31,303 nucleotides of DNA from a virus (Duplodnaviria; Caudoviricetes), in IMG/VR virus record IMGVR_UViG_3300010206_000003, positions 1-31,303 of that record; one strand, 5' to 3'. The notes under the pieces are model-generated. The model made no database searches. It was given only the letters and a program-made list of their open reading frames with translations, and was not told the DNA's origin. Within the stretch, counting starts at the first letter, position 1, and each line of letters begins with the position of its first letter. This document shows, one piece after another, positions 1 to 5,759 of this stretch. The position numbers were made by a program, and so were the translations under genes.

Positions 1-2
1 CC

Positions 3-89
3 TGCGGCGAATGCGGCAACTACACGCTGGTGCGCAACGGCACCTGCATGAAGTGCAACACCTGCGGCGGTACCAGCGGCTGCAGCTGA
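3..89 (+). CDS. nrdJ: 3' end of vitamin B12-dependent (class II) ribonucleotide reductase, partial, host gene
   Basis: Translates as CGECGNYTLVRNGTCMKCNTCGGTSGCS*, the characteristic C-terminal Cys cluster of alphaproteobacterial NrdJ. Confidence 0.88.
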   Translation, partial: CGECGNYTLVRNGTCMKCNTCGGTSGCS

Positions 90-102
90 GAGATTGAGGG
101 TT

Positions 103-131
103 GGGGCGCAAAGGTTGCAGCTTTGCGCCCC
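103..131 (+). terminator. Hairpin downstream of nrdJ, probable terminator
   Basis: GGGGCGCAAAG-7 nt-CTTTGCGCCCC, perfect 11-bp stem 13 nt after the stop; only a weak U-tract follows. Confidence 0.6.
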
Positions 132-303
132 GGCTTTCCGGCGGATGGTTGACACACCGCTGGATTACCAAATCTCGGCCCTCCCGGGTCGATGGACTCG
201 GGAAAACATGGCTGAGAGACGGGATCAATGACGTGTCGGTCTATCCACAGACCTATCCCGAAGAAACTGAGGGAAGCTGTGGGCAAATCGAAAGGAGGCC
301 ACG

Positions 304-441
304 ATGGCCAAGAAGAATACGGAAGTGACGAGCGCGAAAGCGGCTTCTGCCGCCGGGAAGGTTCTGAGCAATCCGAAGTCGAGCCCGGCTGCTAAAACTG
401 CCGCGGCGTCGGCGCTCTCGCAGCGCCCTAACAAGAAGTAA
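304..441 (+). CDS. Small basic Ala/Lys/Ser-rich protein, 45 aa (host side)
   Basis: Strong SD AAAGGAGG upstream; MAKKNTEVTSAKAASAAGKVLSNPKSSPAAKTAAASALSQRPNKK*; too short for the ORF track. Confidence 0.75.
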   Translation: MAKKNTEVTSAKAASAAGKVLSNPKSSPAAKTAAASALSQRPNKK

Positions 442-494
442 AACAATTGGGGGCGGTTTTCTGCTCCCAGTTGCCGAGATTTGGAAAGTTCGCC

Positions 495-740
495 ATGCAA
501 CTGATCATCGCCACCGAAGCTTTCGAAAACGTGCCCCTGCGCCGCATCCCCGGCGGCTACGAGGCCGTTCTTGCGGGCAAGGCGCTCAAACGCCTGATCG
601 ACGCCACCTTCGAGGGCGCGTCGATCGAGGTCTGGGGCGGCGATCTGAGCGCGCATGGCCTTGACGTTACGGACATCCGCATGGCCGGCGCCACCACCAC
701 CGTCACGCTGATGGCGGCGGGCGCGAAGGCGATCCACTGA
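495..740 (+). CDS. Hypothetical protein, 81 aa (host side)
   Basis: MQLIIATEAF... with host-like GC3-rich codons, followed by a hairpin at 750-769. Confidence 0.65.
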   Translation: MQLIIATEAFENVPLRRIPGGYEAVLAGKALKRLIDATFEGASIEVWGGDLSAHGLDVTDIRMAGATTTVTLMAAGAKAIH

Positions 741-783
741 GCGAGATCGGGGGCAGGTGCGCTTGCCCCAGACGTCGAGAAGG

Positions 784-800
784 CCCAGTGTTGTTTGACA
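784..800 (+). other. Putative attL junction: 5-bp target CCCAG (784-788) followed by phage end TGTTGTTTGACA
   Basis: Mu-type elements begin with TG; CCCAG fits the Mu target consensus C-Py-S-Pu-G; lies just after the last host gene and its hairpin. Confidence 0.6.
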
Positions 801-1065
801 CGACATTCTGCAGGAAGCCGGAAGAGGCCGCCTGAAGGCGGAAGACCTTGGAAGGGTCAATAAAACAAGGGCGTTGCAGCCATCGAGCGACGTCGAGACG
901 CGCAGCGCGCCATGTCATGCAGTGCCCCTGAAAATGGCCGTTAGGGGGCGATCGAGCGTTGATCGAGGGAATGCCGTGGCCGAGGCGATGAACGCCGAGA
1001 ACGTCAATAAAAACAGGTGTTCAAAGGGTCTTTGAAGGGTGGATTGCACGCCGCCGACCTGTGCG

Positions 1066-1181
1066 GAACTGGGATGATTGCACCCCAGTTTGCGAATGGC
1101 ATCCCAGTTCGCGTTAAGTAACTGGAAATAAAGAAAATAGATGCAAGAGCTTATAGTGATCCCGTGGGCCGAACTGGGATG
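1066..1181. repeat. Cluster of 11-bp GAACTGGGATG motifs in both orientations
   Basis: Exact copies at 1066-1076 (+), 1100-1110 (-) and 1171-1181 (+); two-mismatch copy at 1081-1091 (-); AT-rich stretch at 1114-1140. Confidence 0.8.
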
Positions 1182-1192
1182 GCATTTTCATC

Positions 1193-1654
1193 TTAGGTGT
1201 CGAGCAAAGTCACTGCGGTGCCGGCGGCCACGAGGAAGAGCATGGACTTTCCGCCGCCGCTCACTTCGCTGTAGTTCAAGGATGTCCCAACGACAGCGTT
1301 TGCGCCGAGAGCGTATGCTTCTTGGCGCAGCTCCTGCAGTGCCTGATCCTTCGCCCTGCGCAGATTGTCTTGCAGGGTCTTGCTTCGCCCCCCGAAAACA
1401 TCCCGGAACGAAGTTGCGATATCCTCGAACAGGTTCATTCCGATCACGACCTCGGCGGTCACGATGCCGAAGCGTTGCACGATAGCCAAGCCGGGGGCAG
1501 TTTCGGTCGTCAGGATGATTGCTGCAAGTTGATCATGCCCCGCTGCGCGCAGCGGTGAAGCCCTTCGAGCTTGCGGAAGCTTCGCGCATTCGAAGCAAAG
1601 CCCAGTGGCGGGATCGACGTATGTATTCGCCTTGCATCGTAAACACTGGGCCAT
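1193..1654 (-). CDS. YbjQ/UPF0145-family protein with N-terminal Cys4 (zinc-ribbon-like) segment, 153 aa
   Basis: GIVTAEVVIGMNLFEDIATSFRDVFGGRS and AYALGANAVVG...AAGTAV are YbjQ signatures; N-terminal CLRC...CFEC; SD AGGAAGGG upstream of ATG 1654. Confidence 0.85.
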   Translation of the reverse strand: MAQCLRCKANTYVDPATGLCFECAKLPQARRASPLRAAGHDQLAAIILTTETAPGLAIVQRFGIVTAEVVIGMNLFEDIATSFRDVFGGRSKTLQDNLRRAKDQALQELRQEAYALGANAVVGTSLNYSEVSGGGKSMLFLVAAGTAVTLLDT

Positions 1655-1688
1655 GCCATGATCCCTTCCTGTTAAGTCTCCGGCACCG

Positions 1689-1785
1689 CTATCCACAAGA
1701 GTCGCCAGACCATACGACCTGACCGATAATCTGCAACCTGTTAGCGTGGTCGCAGGGACGAAACTCGGTGCGGAGAAGTGCGTCA
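1689..1785 (-). pseudogene. Relic 3' end of a CI/S24 repressor gene
   Basis: Reads DALLRTEFRPCDHANRLQIIGQVVWSGDSCG*, versus DAPSYQSEFRRSDEANRVSIIGQVVWSGHTW* at the end of the intact repressor. Confidence 0.8.
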
Positions 1786-1850
1786 AACAGCGGGAAATGC
1801 CAGATATCCATGCTATTAGTAGTCAATGATCTGACATCATGGGGGGCCAA

Positions 1851-2483
1851 ATGCCCGATATCTCTGCTCTTCTTCAGCTTCCCTTCGAGGTTATCTGGAT
1901 GCTTGGTATCGGCTACCTCGGTTACAAGCTGACATTTGTTGGCCGCGATGCGCATCATCAGGTTCTTGACCGCATCTTTCTGATCTTTGTTATCGGATCG
2001 GTCGCCCGTTGGGCTGCGGCGCTGGTGACCCGCTGGTGGGATGTCAGCGACATGCTGGAAGCGGGGCTCGCATTGCTGGCTGGTATCGCTGGTGCGCTGA
2101 TGTGGCGGCGCTGGGGTGGCAACTGGTTCTACGAGGCAATGTACCGGACGAATTTCATTCGTGACGACGGGCAACCCGACGTCTGGCGCAGCATGCTGGC
2201 GCGCAGCGGACTGAATGGCCCCCGGCGACTGGTGGTGCGATTGAAGAACGGTACGGAACTCATGTGCAACGAACTGGCAGATTTCAACGATGCGCCGCTT
2301 GGCCCATGCCTGTTTGGTCAGGACGGGTCGATTGCGATATATGTGACCGACGTGCGCAAACCAGGTGCAGAAGACTGGACCGAGATCGATCCGGTACCGC
2401 CGGAAGCGCCGCAATGGGGTTACGAGATGTCATTCATCCCGGCTTCGGAAATCGCGCGCGTGGATATCACCCGGCAGGCCTAG
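1851..2483 (+). CDS. Membrane protein with about 3 N-terminal TM segments and a soluble C-terminal beta-rich domain (DUF6338-like), 210 aa
   Basis: Hydrophobic stretches in residues ~5-85; C-terminal LVVRLKNG...FIPASEIARVDI pattern recalls DUF6338 proteins (from memory, unverified); alternative start 1839. Confidence 0.75.
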   Translation: MPDISALLQLPFEVIWMLGIGYLGYKLTFVGRDAHHQVLDRIFLIFVIGSVARWAAALVTRWWDVSDMLEAGLALLAGIAGALMWRRWGGNWFYEAMYRTNFIRDDGQPDVWRSMLARSGLNGPRRLVVRLKNGTELMCNELADFNDAPLGPCLFGQDGSIAIYVTDVRKPGAEDWTEIDPVPPEAPQWGYEMSFIPASEIARVDITRQA

Positions 2484-2620
2484 CCCTTTGGTTTCGGCTT
2501 TGGTGCCGGTGCGGCGCTTTTTGTCAGCTTTCCAGGCTGGTGAGACCCTTGTACGCCCGCAATGCCAGACTTGCCTGCAGGGCTCTTCTGATCAGAGGAC
2601 TTCTTCCCATCCTTGCCCAT
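2480..2620 (-). CDS. KPKPKG micro-protein P3, 46 aa
   Basis: MGKDGKKSSDQKSPAGKSGIAGVQGSHQPGKLTKSAAPAPKPKPKG*; preceded by GAAAGGCTGATC; stop overlaps the membrane gene stop in CTAG. Confidence 0.75.
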   Translation of the reverse strand: MGKDGKKSSDQKSPAGKSGIAGVQGSHQPGKLTKSAAPAPKPKPKG

Positions 2621-2622
2621 GA

Positions 2623-2778
2623 TCAGCCTTTCGGTTTTGGCTTTGCTGGCGGTGCCGCCTCAAACTTCAGCGGCGCTCGCGGCTGCTCCGAAAACAGTGC
2701 CGTGAGGGTTTGTTCTCGCGGTTGCGTCGGTTTTGCGGGCGAAGCGGCCGTACTCGGTTTCTTGCGATCGTCTGCCAT
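2623..2778 (-). CDS. KPKPKG micro-protein P2, 51 aa
   Basis: MADDRKKPSTAASPAKPTQPREQTLTALFSEQPRAPLKFEAAPPAKPKPKG*; preceded by GAAAGGGTGATC. Confidence 0.75.
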   Translation of the reverse strand: MADDRKKPSTAASPAKPTQPREQTLTALFSEQPRAPLKFEAAPPAKPKPKG

Positions 2779-2780
2779 GA

Positions 2781-2867
2781 TCACCCTTTCGGTTTCGGTT
2801 TCGTGGGTGGCGGAACAGCTTTCGTTCCCTTGGGCTGCTGGCTCTTGATCGAAATCTCTTTTGCCAT
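2781..2867 (-). CDS. KPKPKG micro-protein P1, 28 aa
   Basis: MAKEISIKSQQPKGTKAVPPPTKPKPKG*; SD GAAAGGA overlaps the repressor stop codon. Confidence 0.72.
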   Translation of the reverse strand: MAKEISIKSQQPKGTKAVPPPTKPKPKG

Positions 2868-2878
2868 CCTGCGTCCTT

Positions 2879-3544
2879 TCACCAAGTGTGACCCGACCAG
2901 ACAACCTGACCGATGATGCTCACCCTGTTGGCTTCGTCTGATCTGCGGAATTCAGATTGGTATGAGGGCGCGTCTGAGCGCAGAATAAGGCCCTCCGGCA
3001 ACAGATCGACGCGCTTCACCCTGGTCGAGCCGTCGGTGTCGGTCAGGGCGTAGACGTGGCCGTTGCGCACCTTGTTGCGGCGGCGGTCGATCAGGGCCAG
3101 ATCGCCATCGTGCAACCCGGGCGTCATGCTGTCGCCCGAGACCTGGACGAGCACAGCTTGCGTTGGATCGACGCCCATGCGGTCCAGCCAGTCGCGGCGG
3201 AAGGCCAGTTTCTCGATCACATGCACGTCTCCGTTTTCGGCCCCCGGCCCCGCCGACACCCGGGCATCGAGGCGCGGAATCGGGCTGAAATCTTCGTTCC
3301 CCAGAACAACCGTCTCGACTGGTCCAGTCGATCGAGGCGGGCCGATGTAGAACTCCAGCCCCAGCGCTTCACAGATTTGCTGCGCGCGGTTTATTCCAGT
3401 GCCCGTCTTCTTTGTCCCGCGCAGTACAGATCTTAGCGCATCGGGGGCCAGACCGTAGTCACGCTCAGCAGCAAACGTGTTCGTTGAGAGCGCCGACAAG
3501 CGCTCTCTGATCAGCTCTGCAAGCATGGTCTCCGCATCGATCAT
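2879..3544 (-). CDS. Prophage repressor, CI/LexA-like (HTH plus S24 peptidase)
   Basis: N-terminal HTH-like region, Ala-Gly cleavage site (VSAGPG), catalytic Ser (GDSM) and Lys (VKRV); divergent from a Cro-like gene. Start is 3544 or 3526. Confidence 0.9.
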   Translation of the reverse strand: MIDAETMLAELIRERLSALSTNTFAAERDYGLAPDALRSVLRGTKKTGTGINRAQQICEALGLEFYIGPPRSTGPVETVVLGNEDFSPIPRLDARVSAGPGAENGDVHVIEKLAFRRDWLDRMGVDPTQAVLVQVSGDSMTPGLHDGDLALIDRRRNKVRNGHVYALTDTDGSTRVKRVDLLPEGLILRSDAPSYQSEFRRSDEANRVSIIGQVVWSGHTW

Positions 3545-3546
3545 GA

Positions 3547-3620
3547 TCGGAGAAAATACCGAAACCAAACCTCTTGCAAGTCGGTAAATATTCCGCTTAG
3601 ATATTCGGAGAATAATCCGA
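3547..3620. promoter_or_regulatory. Three 16-bp operators (TCGG-N8-CCGA) in the divergent immunity region
   Basis: TCGGAGAAAATACCGA 3547-3562, TCGGTAAATATTCCGC 3581-3596, TCGGAGAATAATCCGA 3605-3620; candidate -35 TTGCAA at 3574-3579. Confidence 0.8.
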
Positions 3621-3626
3621 AACGGA

Positions 3627-3878
3627 ATGGCAATGAACACTCAACATCTTGTGCGTCTCGGGCAGGCATACGCAACGCACCACGGACTGGAGCTGTCGAC
3701 AGTTTCGACTTACGCGGCAGCCGATGGAAAATGGCTCAAGCGCCTGCACGAGGGCGCTAGCTGCACGCTGCGCAAAGCTGCGGCGGTGGTTCAGTGGTTC
3801 GCCGATCGTTGGCCCGCTGATCTCGAATGGCCGCGCGACATTCCCCGTCCCCCGAAGAGCAAGAAGGAGGCAGCTTGA
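3627..3878 (+). CDS. Cro/Ner-like early regulator
   Basis: Small HTH-like protein divergent from the repressor, with a WFADRWPADLEWPRDIPRP tail typical of alphaproteobacterial phage Cro-like proteins. Confidence 0.8.
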   Translation: MAMNTQHLVRLGQAYATHHGLELSTVSTYAAADGKWLKRLHEGASCTLRKAAAVVQWFADRWPADLEWPRDIPRPPKSKKEAA

Positions 3879-4036
3879 TGCGCGCCAATTTCGCCGAGTG
3901 CCGCCATGGCGTGTCGCAAGACAAGCACCGTGCGCCGGAATGGAGTTTTCCGCCCGGCTGGTGGATCGCCGCTTCGGTGCCGTTCGCGCTGATCTTCTGG
4001 ATCAGCCTTGGGCTTTGGCTCGCGGGGTGGCTGTGA
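3878..4036 (+). CDS. Small membrane protein, 52 aa
   Basis: TGATG coupling to the upstream gene; C-terminal hydrophobic helix WWIAASVPFALIFWISLGLWLAGWL. Confidence 0.65.
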   Translation: MRANFAECRHGVSQDKHRAPEWSFPPGWWIAASVPFALIFWISLGLWLAGWL

Positions 4037-4263
4037 TGACCGATTTCCCCACTGATTACCGCGCCCCCGAAGCCACCATCACTGTCGGGCGCGGCAGGCG
4101 CCGGAGCATCCTCCCCACCTTGCTCCGGCGCCTCAAGGCCTTTTTCGACTGGGTGGACGGCTGCTGGGCTGTCGATGTTCTAGGCGCAGCCACCATCCTG
4201 ATTTTCATGCTTCTGACCCCTGTTTTTCTTCCCCTGATCTTCGAGGTGTTCCATGCAAACTGA
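4036..4263 (+). CDS. Small membrane protein, 75 aa
   Basis: TGATG coupling; MTDFPTDY... with C-terminal TM segment VLGAATILIFMLLTPVFLPLIF. Confidence 0.65.
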   Translation: MTDFPTDYRAPEATITVGRGRRRSILPTLLRRLKAFFDWVDGCWAVDVLGAATILIFMLLTPVFLPLIFEVFHAN

Positions 4264-4546
4264 CGTTCTCAACGACGAAACCCACCCCGCCGCCATGCTC
4301 CCGGCGGCGCGCATGGCCGAAATCCGGCGTCTGACCGAGGCCGCGAACGAAGCGGCGGTGAGTGCCGGTCGCATCCATGCCGACGCGGACCAGATGCGGC
4401 CTGATGATCCCGCGATGCGGAACGCGCTCAACGCGGTTGATGCTCTGTGGACCGTGCATGATCAGTTGGTGACCGAGCTGCTGGAGTGCCTGCATCAGGC
4501 CGAGGCGGCTGGCGATCTGGCGGTCTGCGAAGCGGCGCTGGGGTAA
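4253..4546 (+). CDS. Hypothetical helical protein, 97 aa
   Basis: SD GAGGTG upstream; overlaps both neighbours in the operon. Confidence 0.7.
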   Translation: MQTDVLNDETHPAAMLPAARMAEIRRLTEAANEAAVSAGRIHADADQMRPDDPAMRNALNAVDALWTVHDQLVTELLECLHQAEAAGDLAVCEAALG

Positions 4547-4881
4547 TGCAGATGGTTGGCATGGCAGACTACGCCCGGCCTGACTGCTATCAGGTGCAGC
4601 TTCTGTCCGGCATTGGCTATGTGGTGCTTGCCCCCAGTGGACAGGTGATCAGGGATAGCCAGACACCCTTCAGACTTCGGGCCGAGCAGCAGCGCGATGC
4701 GTTGCAGCGCGAGGCGGACCTGAAGGCGAAGCGTTTTAACCGGCCCTGCCTGTGCTGTGGGCGCGTGTTCCATTCGGCGGGAATCCACAACCGGATGTGC
4801 GACGTTTGCCGTCGGCAATCGTTTGCGCTTGCCGACGAGTCGCGCCCGTCGCTGCCGCGTGCCCGCGGCGGGAGGTCGTGA
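4546..4881 (+). CDS. Cys4 zinc-finger phage protein
   Basis: RPCLCCGRVFHSAGIHNRMCDVCR motif; TAATG coupling. Confidence 0.75.
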   Translation: MQMVGMADYARPDCYQVQLLSGIGYVVLAPSGQVIRDSQTPFRLRAEQQRDALQREADLKAKRFNRPCLCCGRVFHSAGIHNRMCDVCRRQSFALADESRPSLPRARGGRS

Positions 4882-5759
4882 TGGCCCGTTTGACGCAGAT
4901 CGACAGCGTGCCGGTGGCGGAGGTGATCGTGCGCGACCGCCTGCGTCCGGTGACCGAGGCGGGGGTGCAGAGCCTTCTTGCCTCGATCGCCGAGACGGGG
5001 GTGATGAAGGACGCGATCCATGTGCGCAAGAAGAAGGACGGCAGCCTGCACCTGATTGCGGGTGGGCACCGGCTGGAGGCGGCGCGGCGGCTCGACTGGA
5101 AGATGATCGAGGCCAAGGTCTGGACCGACGTCACCGACGACTGGGCGCGGTTGATGGAGATCGACGACAACCTTGCGGGCGCGGAGATGAACGCGCTCGA
5201 CACAGCGGTGTTTTTGGCCACCCGCAAGGAGGTTTACGAGCGCCTGCATCCGGAGACGAAATGGGGCGTGGCCGGAGGCCTAGCGCGCCAAGGGGCAGCA
5301 ACGGAACCGAGTTCCGTTGCTAGTTTTGCCGCTTCCACCGCCGAGAAGTTCGGCCTGACGGATCGACAAATCCGCAAGATCGTTGCCGCCGGGACCAAGC
5401 TCGGCCCCGACGAGGTGGCGCGGCTGCGCGCCGCGCCGCGGGCGGTGACGCTGAAGGATCTGACCGAGATTGCGAAGATCGGCCAGGCGCCGGAGCGCTA
5501 TGACGTGGTGGCTCGACTGGCCGAAGGCCGCGCCAAATCCGCCGCGGATGCGCGCAAGGCGCTGCGTCTTGAACGGGATGGTGAAGCCCCCGTTCAAGAT
5601 CCGTCTGATCAGCAGTTCAAGGCGCTGCAGGCGGCCTGGAACCGGGCCGGGGCGAAGGCGCGCGCCAAGTTCGTCGATGCCAACGGCGTCCGCCTGATCG
5701 AGATGGCGGGCCTGCAGCTCGGCATCGAACCGCCCGCGCGCCGGGAGGCCGCAGAATGA
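4881..5759 (+). CDS. ParB/Spo0J-like N-terminal domain protein with HTH, 292 aa
   Basis: LIAGGHRLEAA (GxxRxxA) and EIDDN motifs; HTH-like TAEKFGLTDRQIRKIV; SD GGAGG. Confidence 0.88.
   Translation: MARLTQIDSVPVAEVIVRDRLRPVTEAGVQSLLASIAETGVMKDAIHVRKKKDGSLHLIAGGHRLEAARRLDWKMIEAKVWTDVTDDWARLMEIDDNLAGAEMNALDTAVFLATRKEVYERLHPETKWGVAGGLARQGAATEPSSVASFAASTAEKFGLTDRQIRKIVAAGTKLGPDEVARLRAAPRAVTLKDLTEIAKIGQAPERYDVVARLAEGRAKSAADARKALRLERDGEAPVQDPSDQQFKALQAAWNRAGAKARAKFVDANGVRLIEMAGLQLGIEPPARREAAE
5297..5321. repeat. Perfect 11-bp inverted repeat inside the ParB-like gene
   Basis: AGCAACGGAAC-CGA-GTTCCGTTGCT. Confidence 0.85.

Noticed and set aside
1689-2414. 241-aa minus-strand ORF as a real gene
   Set aside because: Mostly antisense to the membrane protein gene; only its last ~31 codons are meaningful, as the repressor relic.
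2480-2867. CRISPR array or simple DNA tandem repeat
   Set aside because: Units differ in length, similarity is at the peptide level with synonymous variation, and no cas genes are present.
3545-3640. N-terminal extension of the repressor given in the ORF track
   Set aside because: It runs through the operators and overlaps the divergent Cro-like start; 3544 or 3526 is more plausible.
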